This document shows, piece by piece, positions 54,409-63,938 of a stretch of DNA of 64,000 nt (within the stretch, counting starts at the first letter, position 1; each line of letters starts with the position of its first letter). The translations under genes were made by a program, and so were the position numbers. This DNA is from Candidatus Dormiibacterota bacterium (GTDB lineage: Bacteria; Chloroflexota; Dormibacteria; Aeolococcales; Bog-877), in NCBI GenBank assembly GCA_035534915.1, contig DATLQZ010000111.1:90446-154445 (forward strand), given 5' to 3'. A model generated the notes under the pieces. The model was not told the DNA's origin and searched no databases. It saw only the letters and a list, made by a program, of their open reading frames with translations.

Positions 54409-56062
54409 TCGGTCAGGGTTTGGGGGGGGCGATAAATCCAGCCCTGGACTGTGCGACCGGGAGGCGTTTAAGACCCTTGGTCGGCACTTCCAAGAGATCA
54501 AGGGGCTGACGCTGGGGGAGCTCTTTGCCGGGGATGACACCCGCGGCACGCGCATGACCAAAGAGGCCCTGGACATCTACCTGGATTACTCCAAGAACCG
54601 GGTTACCGAGGAGACCATGGCCCTGCTGTTGGAGCTTGCTCACGAGTGCGGGCTGCCTGCCCGAATTGAGGCGATGTTCGATGGTCGCAAGATCAACGTC
54701 TCGGAGCGACGGCCGGTGCTGCACGTCGCCTTGCGGGCACCCCTTGGCACATCCCTCGTGGCGGAGGGTCAGGATGTTGTCGGTGCGGTGCATACGGTGC
54801 TGGACCAGATGGCAGCCTTCGCCGCTCGGGTGCGGGATGGAAGTTGGCTGGGTTACACCGGTAAGCGGGTGATGACCGTCGTCAACATCGGCATTGGCGG
54901 CTCGGACCTCGGTCCACGGATGGCATATGAGGCGTTGCGCCACTATTCTCAGCCCGGCCTTAAAGTCCGCTTCGTCTCAAATATCGATGGCACGGACTTT
55001 GCCGAGGTGACCCGCGACCTCGATCCCGCGGAGACCCTTTTTGTGGTCTGTTCCAAGAGCTGGCACACGCTGGAGACATTGACCAACGCCAAGACCGCGA
55101 AGGCTTGGACCCTCGCCGGCCTAGGCGGGGATGCCAGCGCCGTGGCAAGTCACTTCGTGGCGGTCTCCACCAATGCGGAGGGGGTGTCGAGCTTCGGAAT
55201 CGACACCGCCAACATGTTCCCGTTTTGGGATTGGGTGGGCGGTCGGTACTCCCTGGACTCCGCCATCGGGCTATCGCTCATGATCGCTATCGGACCGGAG
55301 CGCTTTGCGGAGTTGCTGGCGGGATTCCATGAGATGGACGAGCACTTCCGCACCACCCCGTTGCAGGACAACCTGCCGGTACTCATGGGCCTTCTGGCGG
55401 TCTGGTATAACAACTTCTTCGGCTCTGAGACCCTGGCTGTTTTGCCGTACGACCAGTATCTGGCCAGCCTGCCCTCATATCTCCAGCAACTTGAGATGGA
55501 GAGCAACGGCAAGCATGTGGATCTAGCGGGCAACCCGGTGGACTACCAGACTGGCCCGGTGATTTGGGGACAGCCTGGTACCAACGGACAGCACGCCTTC
55601 TATCAGCTGATCCATCAGGGCACCAAGCTCATCCCTTGCGACTTCATAGGATTCTGTCAGACACTCAACCCCGTCGGGAGGCACCACGATCTGCTGATGG
55701 CCAACATGCTGGCTCAGACCGAGGCGCTCGCCTTCGGTCGCTCAGAAGCTGAGCTCCGGCAGGCTGGTGTGGAGGAATGGCAGATTCCCTATCGGGTGTG
55801 CCAGGGGAACCGGCCCACGACGACCATCATGCTGGACCGTCTCACCCCCGAGAGTCTGGGCAAGTTGATAGCCCTCTACGAACACAAGACCTTCACCCAG
55901 GGAGCGATCTGGGGCATCGACTCGTTCGACCAGTGGGGTGTGGAGTTGGGGAAATTGCTTGCCGACCGGATTACTCCCGAGCTTGAGGGTGCTAGGGAAC
56001 CGGACCTCACCCACGATAGCTCCACCAATGAGTTGATCCGTCGGTACCGGCGCCTGCGCTGA
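54401..56062 (+). CDS. pgi: glucose-6-phosphate isomerase
   Basis: [51 protein letters not shown], and QWGVELGK. 8-nt overlap with tal. Confidence 0.9.
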   Translation: MSDRSGFGGGDKSSPGLCDREAFKTLGRHFQEIKGLTLGELFAGDDTRGTRMTKEALDIYLDYSKNRVTEETMALLLELAHECGLPARIEAMFDGRKINVSERRPVLHVALRAPLGTSLVAEGQDVVGAVHTVLDQMAAFAARVRDGSWLGYTGKRVMTVVNIGIGGSDLGPRMAYEALRHYSQPGLKVRFVSNIDGTDFAEVTRDLDPAETLFVVCSKSWHTLETLTNAKTAKAWTLAGLGGDASAVASHFVAVSTNAEGVSSFGIDTANMFPFWDWVGGRYSLDSAIGLSLMIAIGPERFAELLAGFHEMDEHFRTTPLQDNLPVLMGLLAVWYNNFFGSETLAVLPYDQYLASLPSYLQQLEMESNGKHVDLAGNPVDYQTGPVIWGQPGTNGQHAFYQLIHQGTKLIPCDFIGFCQTLNPVGRHHDLLMANMLAQTEALAFGRSEAELRQAGVEEWQIPYRVCQGNRPTTTIMLDRLTPESLGKLIALYEHKTFTQGAIWGIDSFDQWGVELGKLLADRITPELEGAREPDLTHDSSTNELIRRYRRLR

Positions 56063-56318
56063 GGCGACTTCGCCAGTCACTTCTCTTTCAACCTCCCCAA
56101 GCAGGCCGTCCAACTGACCGCTCCCAGCCCCGTGCCAGGAAGGTTCGAGTCGGTCCGATACCGCTCCAGGTAGCTGCCGCTTGCTGGGACCGGTGGCTTG
56201 GGCAGGTGCCAAGCCCTGCTGTGGTCGGGCGCCAAGCGGAGTGGTGGCCGCTCGCACAGGGCGCGGGTTCAGTCTGCCCAGTATGCCGAGTACCGACTTC
56301 GGAACCCCGTTCGGCGCC

Positions 56319-56846
56319 CTATCCAGGCGACCCCGCCGAGTGAAAGGCCGGCGGGTGCCCGACCCGCTCCTGAAGCAGGAGCGACCTCCCTCCGCTGGGC
56401 GTGATGAGCAGCGCCAGCTGCAGGCGGTTACGCGGCATGCCGGCCGGCGTGGCCTTGCCCTCGCGAGCGATTCCCCAGAAGGTTTCAAAGAAGTCCTCGC
56501 GGCGGATGGCGGGGGTGAGGCGCTCGACGACGTGAGCTTCGTCTTTGCCAGCTTGTCCCATTGCGTGTGGGGTACCGTGGGTGACTGAACGGATACCACC
56601 TGACGCCACACGCTCGCGGAGCCTACCGACCCGCAGCTCAACCGTGCCTGACTCCACCCGAAAATGTTCTTGGTGGTTGCGATGGACATGGGGCGGCAAC
56701 CACTGCGCCCCGCGACAGAAAGAGATCGACTTTGGCGAACTCGCCAGCAGCGGAGGCGGCCGTGTGCCGCCCGACCAAGCGCTCACCGCTAACCGGGTAG
56801 ACCATCTCCGAACCGACTCTTGCCACCAGGGGCCTCTCCGATGCAC
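56319..56846 (-). CDS. cupin-domain protein, possibly frameshifted near its 3' end
   Basis: Cupin motif PPHVHRNHQEHFRVESGTVELRVG...GTPHAM, then EDFFETFWGIAREGK...GMP.NRLQLALL. The expected C-terminal tail seems to continue in another frame. Confidence 0.5.
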   Translation of the reverse strand: MHRRGPWWQESVRRWSTRLAVSAWSGGTRPPPLLASSPKSISFCRGAQWLPPHVHRNHQEHFRVESGTVELRVGRLRERVASGGIRSVTHGTPHAMGQAGKDEAHVVERLTPAIRREDFFETFWGIAREGKATPAGMPRNRLQLALLITPSGGRSLLLQERVGHPPAFHSAGSPG

Positions 56847-56991
56847 GGCTGAGGCATCCGCTGATTGAGACCGAAACTCACGGGTCGACCGCAGGCCCCC
56901 GCGGATGAGGCAGAAGGCCCCAAATGGTACCCCCGGGATGAAGGGGAGTCGCTCACTACCGTCTGGTCCGTCCGGCAGGGCTGGCTTGCGC

Positions 56992-59034
56992 TCAGCCCGT
57001 GCCCGGGTGGGTTGGCGTGGTGCCGTTAGCCATCAGGAGGTCGAAGCCATCAGGGTCGTCCAGCAGGCCCGGAGCGGTGCCGGCCACCCCCGTTACTCCG
57101 TACTGCCAGACAGTCGCGCCGGTTGCCGGGTCGATCGCGATCATCCGGTTGTTCTGGTCGTCGTTCAGCATGAACACCCCACTGGGGAGCATCTCGACCA
57201 GGGACGGGTGATTGAGCGCCCCCGGCCCCGAGGTCACGTCGTACCGGTAGGTAATCGTGCCTTGCTGGTTGAATTCAACGATCTGCCCAGGGCTCGTATA
57301 GCTCGCGATCAGGTATTGATTGGGTCCGAGTTGTTGTGGGTCGGACGGGTATGAGATAGCGAGGTGAGTGGTCCAAACTAGCCCCCCTGTGGTGGTGTAG
57401 TCGCTCACCCACGAGCCGTTGATCTCAGAGACCAGAATGGTCCCATCTGTCAGTGGAGTATCTCCGTTGGGCGAGCCGAGGTGTGTGGGGGGACGGTGGG
57501 TACACGACCCAGTCGTCCCGATCTGTTGGGCCAGGGTCCCGTTGGGGTTGATGATCAGGACGCGACAGTTGACGATGTCGGCGACCGAGATCTGGCCGGT
57601 CTTCAACTGGTAGGCGTCGTCGGGAGTGTTCAGGTAGCCAGGAGCGCTGCCGGCCACCCCTGGATGGCCATAGGTCCAGAGCACCTTCCCCGAGGGGTAC
57701 GCGACCTTGACGATCTCCTGGAAGCTCTCCATGTTCATCACTATCGCTGTCCCGTGATCCGCGAAGAAGGCGTCGTCGGGGTAATAGAAGCCTCCCGGGG
57801 GTGCTGGCGCGGTGGCACTAGGGTAGGTCCATATGACCTGACCCGACGGATTCAGCAGCAGCAGCCGATTGCTGCCGGCGTCAGCCACCAGCAGATCGCC
57901 ACCGAAGAATGGCGAACCGGCGCCCGGCTGGCCAGCGGCGCCGAATTTGGCGTTGGGGGTGAGCATCTGCACGCTGCTCACCGCTCCCTGGGCCGTTTCA
58001 CCACCGATGATCCAGGCGCGGTCACTGAGAACCGCCGCCCCGGCGTGGGCGACCGGGACTCGTAGTGACCCAGCCGCCAGAAGCTGGCTGGTGGCCGGCA
58101 TGAAGGCCCAGATGGTGGCGATCGGCGCTGTGCCCGAAGCCGCGGAGGTGTTGCCCCCGGCAACGTATATGGTTCCGCCAATGTTCATCGCCACGGCGCC
58201 GGTGTTCGGCTCAGGCATGGTCCCGAGTACCCGGGCGGCATGTGTCGCTGGGTTCACGACCTGAATTTGAGCTGAGACCAGGCCATTGGCGGTCTGACCG
58301 CCGAACACATAGATCAGCCCGCCGAGGGAGGCGACCGCGGGGTATCTAACTGGCACCGGTAGGCTAGCCACGGGCTGGAAGGAGCTTCCATTGGTAGTGG
58401 CCAGCACCTCCGAATCGAAGGTCGAGCCGTCGTAACCGCCGACCACGAAAGCCACGCCGCCGATGACGGTGGCAGCCGAGTCCGAACGTGCCTGCGGAAG
58501 CTTGCCCGTCGAGGTGGCCGTTCCCAAAGTCGTGGGGACGGCCTGAACCACCGCGCTGCTCGCTACGGTCCCCCCTCCGAAGACGATCTCCCTACCGGCC
58601 AGTATTGCGCCAGAGGCGTCGTGCAGCGGGCCGAGGAGGGTACCCGCCTGCGCGAGGGCCCCGTTGGTGGTGCTCAGAGTGTAGATGCCGGAGGCTGAAC
58701 CGCCGGTGGCGGTGAGCCCACCGAGGATGCTCACCTGCGAGGCGGCAGGTCCCGCCAGCACCACCTCTCGGCTGATCGGGTTGGGAAGTGACCAGGGTAG
58801 CAATCCGGACTCTGCGGCTGGGAGTGCCGCCGGGGGTGCGATGGTTGTGCTGGGCGAAGCATGCGGTGTCGGACGGGCGACCCCATGCACCGATGCCGCA
58901 CACCCAGCGAGGGTCGCCGAGACCAGGGTGAGGAGCGTCAGGAAGAGGGCGGTGACTACCGCCCTCAGGCTGCTCTGGCCAGCGAATTGGGCGCACAACG
59001 CCGCAGGCCTAGAGCCTTTGGACGATGCGTTCAT
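56992..59034 (-). CDS. lipoprotein with an N-terminal Kelch-repeat propeller and a second C-terminal beta-propeller (ASST/PQQ-like)
   Basis: Lipobox LVSATLAGCAAS. Kelch-like units (REIVFGGGT, GVAFVVGGYDGS, GLIYVFGGQT, GTIYVAGG, RAWIIGGE). C-terminal repeats with (V/L)W(T/Q)Y (GQVIWTYP, GKVLWTYG, GLVWTT, ATVWQYG). Confidence 0.7.
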   Translation of the reverse strand: MNASSKGSRPAALCAQFAGQSSLRAVVTALFLTLLTLVSATLAGCAASVHGVARPTPHASPSTTIAPPAALPAAESGLLPWSLPNPISREVVLAGPAASQVSILGGLTATGGSASGIYTLSTTNGALAQAGTLLGPLHDASGAILAGREIVFGGGTVASSAVVQAVPTTLGTATSTGKLPQARSDSAATVIGGVAFVVGGYDGSTFDSEVLATTNGSSFQPVASLPVPVRYPAVASLGGLIYVFGGQTANGLVSAQIQVVNPATHAARVLGTMPEPNTGAVAMNIGGTIYVAGGNTSAASGTAPIATIWAFMPATSQLLAAGSLRVPVAHAGAAVLSDRAWIIGGETAQGAVSSVQMLTPNAKFGAAGQPGAGSPFFGGDLLVADAGSNRLLLLNPSGQVIWTYPSATAPAPPGGFYYPDDAFFADHGTAIVMNMESFQEIVKVAYPSGKVLWTYGHPGVAGSAPGYLNTPDDAYQLKTGQISVADIVNCRVLIINPNGTLAQQIGTTGSCTHRPPTHLGSPNGDTPLTDGTILVSEINGSWVSDYTTTGGLVWTTHLAISYPSDPQQLGPNQYLIASYTSPGQIVEFNQQGTITYRYDVTSGPGALNHPSLVEMLPSGVFMLNDDQNNRMIAIDPATGATVWQYGVTGVAGTAPGLLDDPDGFDLLMANGTTPTHPGTG

Positions 59035-59306
59035 GGGGCCTGGACCAGCATCGGATCGATGGTCAGGGGGATCTCCTACGCAGTAAGGAGCGGCATCCAG
59101 GGGTGCGCCTTACGGATGTTGAATGATCATAGAGGGTAAGGCCTGGGTTGGGGGGTCCGGCCGGAGGCAAGTCGAGCCAGGCTCGGGCCAAAGGGAATCT
59201 GACGTCTGGCGGCAGCTGTCTTCGTCGAGTCGCTGGCCGACTTTGCTGAGGTATCCTCGAAACCACCAGCGCTTCGGCTTCCCGAAATCTTCCCAAGGCA
59301 TCACCA

Positions 59307-60530
59307 ATGAATCTCCTCTCGGGCCTCCACGGGGTGGTCGCGATCGTGTTGCTCTGCAGCCTTCTCTTCGTTGAGGAGGCCGGGGTGCCGCTGCCATTCG
59401 CGCCGGGAGAGCTGACACTGCTGGCTGCGGGATTGCTGATAGCCGCAGGGGGGCTCGACCCATGGGTCTTCGTACCGCTGGCCTTTGGGGTATGCGTGGC
59501 GGGTGCGATGGTCGGCTACAGCTGGGCGCGCATCGTCGGCGACCATGGCCTAACCGGCCTCGCGGTGCGGTTCCACCAGGCTAAGGCTCTCGAGCGAGTC
59601 GCCCGTCGGGTGCAGCGAGCCAGCCCGGTCGGCATCGCGGTGTCGAGACTGATCCCGGGCCTTAGGATCTACACCACCCTGGTGGCCGGGGCATTCGGTG
59701 TGCGCCGGCGGACCTTCCTCGAGGGGCTGCTACCCAGCACAGCGATCTGGGTCGGGGTCTTTGTCGCACTTGGAATCGTGGTCGGAATTCCGGTGGAGCA
59801 CTTTCTGACTAAGTTGGCCCAGATGGCTGTCCAGGGGGCCATCCTGTTGGTGCTTGGCGTCGGTGGGTACTTCGCTATCCGCAGGGCTCCTGCCAGGGAG
59901 CGGGAGCCGCTGGTGAACGTGCCCGGTTGGATCAAGACCAGCCTCGCGGCCTTGGTCGACCTGGGAGTCGTGGCAAGCGTGCTTACCGGGATCCTGGCGA
60001 TCGCACGGATGGTCACCGGCACCGGCGTCATCGCTAGTTGGGCCGATGGGGTGGTGGCGCTGGCGGCGCTGGCCGCCGCGTACTTGTTCATAACCCGCAG
60101 AAGCTCCGGCGCCACAGTTGGCGAGGCGCTGCTTCACACCGTCTATGTGAGGAGGCGCGCTGGCGGAACCGTGGTGGGGATCGCGGCTTCCAGCGGTCCC
60201 CACGACCCCAGTTTGCAATCCGCGGCGGAGGTGCTAACTGCCCTAGCTGCAGTTCCGCGGCTGGCGGTGGTGCGGGCCCTTCTTGGGGGCGCTGCCACTT
60301 CGGCAGAGGTCGCCCGCGACGCATCGATGACCAGCGCCGAGACCGTATTCCACCTGGCCGCCCTACGCAAGGCCGGGCTAGTGGGTGTCGTCTCGGGCAC
60401 TGGGAGGGAGGAGCGGTTTCGGATCACGTCCCAATTTCGGGGGTGGGTGGGCGATTTTCTGGGGGAACGGTCCGAGCAGGGACCAATGGGCTCGACTGCG
60501 GGTGCGCAGGGAGCAGCTGGAGGCGCCTGA
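59307..60530 (+). CDS. tri-domain membrane protein: DedA/SNARE-associated, RDD-like membrane domain, and ArsR-type winged HTH
   Basis: aa 1-195 DedA (FVEEAGVPLPFAPGELTLLAAG, SRLIPGLR). aa 205-283 RDD-like (WIKTSLAALVDLG...YLFITRRSSGATVGEALLHTVYV). aa 305-373 ArsR/SmtB-like HTH (LAAVPRLAVVRALLGGAATSAEVARDASMTSAETVFHLAALRKAGLV). Confidence 0.75.
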   Translation: MNLLSGLHGVVAIVLLCSLLFVEEAGVPLPFAPGELTLLAAGLLIAAGGLDPWVFVPLAFGVCVAGAMVGYSWARIVGDHGLTGLAVRFHQAKALERVARRVQRASPVGIAVSRLIPGLRIYTTLVAGAFGVRRRTFLEGLLPSTAIWVGVFVALGIVVGIPVEHFLTKLAQMAVQGAILLVLGVGGYFAIRRAPAREREPLVNVPGWIKTSLAALVDLGVVASVLTGILAIARMVTGTGVIASWADGVVALAALAAAYLFITRRSSGATVGEALLHTVYVRRRAGGTVVGIAASSGPHDPSLQSAAEVLTALAAVPRLAVVRALLGGAATSAEVARDASMTSAETVFHLAALRKAGLVGVVSGTGREERFRITSQFRGWVGDFLGERSEQGPMGSTAGAQGAAGGA

Positions 60531-60571
60531 GGGGTTGGCGCAGGCGTGCACCGTATGTTGTGCCATCTTGT

Positions 60572-60600
60572 TTGACAGGCCACCAGATATAGGCGACAAT
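60572..60600 (+). promoter_or_regulatory. sigma-70-like promoter upstream of the NCS1 permease
   Basis: TTGACA, 17 nt, GACAAT. The permease TTG start at 60675 is preceded by ggggaggagagg. Confidence 0.35.
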
Positions 60601-60674
60601 AGGCGCCTCGGCTTTCCTTAAGAGGAGGGCTGATTGCTTTAGAGGCGGTACCAGACCACTAGGGGAGGAGAGGC

Positions 60675-62165
60675 TTGGCAACCAGTCAACCGATGGACTT
60701 GGAACGCCGCGGGTTGGGCAGCAGCGGGGATGAGTACGGTGCGTTCAAGGTCGAGCAACGCGGCATCGAACTGATCCCAGAGGCGGAGAAGAAGATGACC
60801 CCTGCCGGCCTCTTCTGGCTATGGGCAGGCGGCATTTGGAATGTCGAGTTCCTCGTTTACGGGGCCCTGGCGATGTCGTTCGGGCTCTCCTTCGGGCAGG
60901 CGGTGCTGGCGATCCTGCTGGGCAACACCGCCTACGTCTTCCTGGGGCTTGCCAGCCTTCCTGGCCCGGAGACCGGAACCACGGCGTTCATGGTGTCGAG
61001 AGCGCCGTTCGGACTCAACGGGAACCGAGTGGTGTCTGCGTTCAATTGGCTGACCCAGGTGGGATTCGAAATCGAGGGGATCGTGCTGGTGGTGCTGGTC
61101 GCGTTGGCGATGTTCGCCCGGGGTGGGGTAGGCGCCAGTTCGGGTCTTAAGGTCGCTCTGATCGTGGCGGCGGTCGCCATCCAATTCATCGTCCCGTTCC
61201 TTGGCCACGCGATGATCACCAAGACCCTGCGCTACCTGTCGTATGTGTTCATCGTGCTGTTCGTCGTGATGGCGGTGCTGGTGGTGCCCCACGTCAACCT
61301 TGGCCATTTCCACCAGCAAGCGTCATGGGCCGTGTGGACAACCGCCTTGGTCTTGATCATCGCGGCAGGCGGTTTGGGCTGGACGGAGAACGCCAGTGAC
61401 TACTCCCGCTACCTGCCTCGAGCCACCCCGAAGTCGCGGACCTTCTGGGCGGCCGCGTTGGGCGGTGCCATACCATCCATCCTTTTGGAGCTTCTGGGGG
61501 CACTGGCCTTCATCGTCAGCCCCAAGGTGACCGCGGTGACGGGCGTCCCATCCTCTTTCGCAAGTTGGTTCTTCTGGCCGTTCCTCATCCTGGTTCTTCC
61601 GCAACTATTCGCCATTAACTCCCTAGACCTCTACTCGTCGGGGGTCACCCTCCAGGCGATGGGGATACCTGTGAAGCGCTGGGGAGCGGTCGTCATCGAT
61701 ACCTTGGTCGCCGGGGCGGTGACCGCCTTGGTGATATTCAAGGGCAACTTCTACACCGATCTCTCCGGCTTCCTCAATTACATAGTGGTTTGGTTGGGGC
61801 CGTGGTTTGCGATTCTGCTGGTCGACTACCTCCTCAGGCGCGGTCGCTACGATGCCGACTCGCTGGCGGCTAGCCGGGGGGGGCTGTACTGGCGGAATGG
61901 GGGCGTCAACTGGAAGGCGCTCATCGCCCAGGCCCTCGGCATGGTCGCTGCGATGATGTGGATCGATGCCGCCTTCTATGTTCCCGCCTTCACCGGGCCG
62001 CTCTCCAAAGCGACCGGTGGGGCGGACTTCAGCTGGGCCGTGGGAATCCTAGTCGGTGGACTAGCCTACCTTGTCCTCTCGGTCGGAAGCATTGGCCGGG
62101 AGCTGGCGGCAGGGACGGGAATCTCACAGGGATCAGCGGAAACAGCCGCCGCAGTCGGCCCGTAG
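60675..62165 (+). CDS. NCS1-family nucleobase:cation symporter (purine-cytosine permease-like)
   Basis: 12-TM protein. N-terminal IELIPEAEKKMTPAGLFWLWAGGIWNVEFLVYG and the internal ASDYSRYLP are typical of CodB/NCS1 permeases. Confidence 0.85.
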   Translation: MATSQPMDLERRGLGSSGDEYGAFKVEQRGIELIPEAEKKMTPAGLFWLWAGGIWNVEFLVYGALAMSFGLSFGQAVLAILLGNTAYVFLGLASLPGPETGTTAFMVSRAPFGLNGNRVVSAFNWLTQVGFEIEGIVLVVLVALAMFARGGVGASSGLKVALIVAAVAIQFIVPFLGHAMITKTLRYLSYVFIVLFVVMAVLVVPHVNLGHFHQQASWAVWTTALVLIIAAGGLGWTENASDYSRYLPRATPKSRTFWAAALGGAIPSILLELLGALAFIVSPKVTAVTGVPSSFASWFFWPFLILVLPQLFAINSLDLYSSGVTLQAMGIPVKRWGAVVIDTLVAGAVTALVIFKGNFYTDLSGFLNYIVVWLGPWFAILLVDYLLRRGRYDADSLAASRGGLYWRNGGVNWKALIAQALGMVAAMMWIDAAFYVPAFTGPLSKATGGADFSWAVGILVGGLAYLVLSVGSIGRELAAGTGISQGSAETAAAVGP

Positions 62166-62230
62166 GGGAGGAACTCGGCCGGGCTCTCAGGGCCCGGTCG
62201 AGCCCGCCGGCGGCAAGAACCTCGTCGGCC

Positions 62231-62776
62231 TCAGCCCGGCGTTGGCACGGACGGCAGCCACTGGGCGAGATAGGGGAGTTCACGGTACTTGTCGTCGTAG
62301 TCGAGTCCGTAGCCCACTACGAACCCCGGACCGTCGAGGCGGAAGCCGACGTAGCGGGGGTGCACCGGGACCTCGCGGGCTTCGGGACGATCCAAGAGGG
62401 AGCAGTACTCAACCCGGCGACTGGGGGAAGTGAGCCTCCTGATCATCGCATCGGCGGTGTGGCCGGCGTCCACTATGTCGTCGATGATCAGGACCGTCTG
62501 GCGTCCGTCGGCGCTCAGGTCGCCCAGTTCCTGGATGACCGGTGCTCTCCACGCCTTCGTGCCGCGGTAGCTGCTGGCGTGGAAGAAGGTGATGAGGAGG
62601 TTCTCCATGCGATTGGCGATCAGCTCGCGGGCCAGGTCCGCTGCGAAGACGAACGCTCCCCGTAAGACCACCGCCAAGGTGAGAGGCTCACCACCCAGCT
62701 CAACCGCGATCTCGCGGGCTAACCCTGCTACCCGCTCTCGCACTATCTCAGCGCTCGCGATCTCACGGATTGGCAT
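62231..62776 (-). CDS. hpt: hypoxanthine-guanine phosphoribosyltransferase
   Basis: PRPP-binding VLIIDDIVDAGHT, and GYGLDYDDKYRELPYLA. Start at the internal Met giving 181 aa (tracked ORF extends to 62884). Confidence 0.85.
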   Translation of the reverse strand: MPIREIASAEIVRERVAGLAREIAVELGGEPLTLAVVLRGAFVFAADLARELIANRMENLLITFFHASSYRGTKAWRAPVIQELGDLSADGRQTVLIIDDIVDAGHTADAMIRRLTSPSRRVEYCSLLDRPEAREVPVHPRYVGFRLDGPGFVVGYGLDYDDKYRELPYLAQWLPSVPTPG

Positions 62777-62978
62777 CTGGGGGCTCCCAACATCGTTCCA
62801 GAAAGCAAGCTGGCCGACTGCCTGGGGAGCTGGGACCTCCAACACCGGCACCAGGATCGGCGGGGCCGGCGGTGATGCCTCCATCAGCCTACTTTAGCAA
62901 TAGCTGTACGGCTGCGGCCCGATGGCAAGGGCCGCGGTGGGGCGCCGGTGGGCTGTTCGCGCCTGCTGGCGCGATGGG

Positions 62979-63938
62979 TCAGATCGGCCCCTCCTTGCCC
63001 ATCAGCACGATCTTGCCGAACTTTCCACCCTGGACCAAGTGGTCGTATCCGTCGCGAGCGCGCTCCAGGGGGAAGGTGGCGGCTATGGGGATACGCAGCC
63101 GCCCAGCGCCGAGCAGCGGCAGGACATGCCTTCGGATTGCGTCTGTTGCAACCGCCTTCTCCCAGAGTGAGCGGGCGCGGAGGGTGGAGCCGAATATTCT
63201 GGCGCGCTTCGCCATGAGACTCGACAAATCAAGTTCCGTGGTGCGTCCGGCCCCGAGCCCGATGACCGCGATTCTGCCTTCTGGGGCAAGCACGCTGAGC
63301 GCTTCTGCGACATTTGATCCCCCGACCAGCTCAAGGACCAGATCGAAGGGCCCCCGTCTAAGCGCCTCCGCGGGGTTGAGAGCTTCGGCCGCCCCAAGGC
63401 TTACCAGCTCGCTGGTGTGCTCAGGGTGCCTGGTCGAGGCGATCACCCCCGCCCCGAGCCGCGCCGCGATTTGTACGGCAGCGGTGCCCACACCACCTGA
63501 TGCGCCGGTTACGAGGACTCGCTCGCCGGCGGTGAGCTGTCCTCGTGACACAAGGGCATCCCAGGCGGTGGTGAAAGCTTCTGGGAAGCCCCCCGCAGCC
63601 GCCCAAGAGCATCGCTCTGGCAGGGAGACGGCTGATCCTTGATCGACCGTGGCCAGCTCCGCGTGGGCACCACCTCCAACCAGCGCCATGACCCTGTCGC
63701 CGACAATGAAGCTGGAGACCTTGGCCCCAGTGCCGATCACCACTCCCGTGAACTCCAGCCCGGGGATGTCCTTAGGAGACCCTGGTGGTGCGGGGTAAGC
63801 GCCGCGCAGTTGCATGACATCGGCGGCGTTGACGCCAGCCGCTCGTACCTCCACCAAGAGCTCGTGATCTCCAGGGATGGGGTCGGGCAGCTCGCCCCAC
63901 TCCAGGGAACCGTCCCGGATGATGTTGGCCCTCATCAC
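62979..63938 (-). CDS. NAD(P)H:quinone oxidoreductase / zinc-independent MDR family
   Basis: ELLVEVRAAGVNAADV, IPGLEFTGVV, VLVTGASGGVGTAAVQIA, and GKIVL. Confidence 0.88.
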   Translation of the reverse strand: MMRANIIRDGSLEWGELPDPIPGDHELLVEVRAAGVNAADVMQLRGAYPAPPGSPKDIPGLEFTGVVIGTGAKVSSFIVGDRVMALVGGGAHAELATVDQGSAVSLPERCSWAAAGGFPEAFTTAWDALVSRGQLTAGERVLVTGASGGVGTAAVQIAARLGAGVIASTRHPEHTSELVSLGAAEALNPAEALRRGPFDLVLELVGGSNVAEALSVLAPEGRIAVIGLGAGRTTELDLSSLMAKRARIFGSTLRARSLWEKAVATDAIRRHVLPLLGAGRLRIPIAATFPLERARDGYDHLVQGGKFGKIVLMGKEGPI

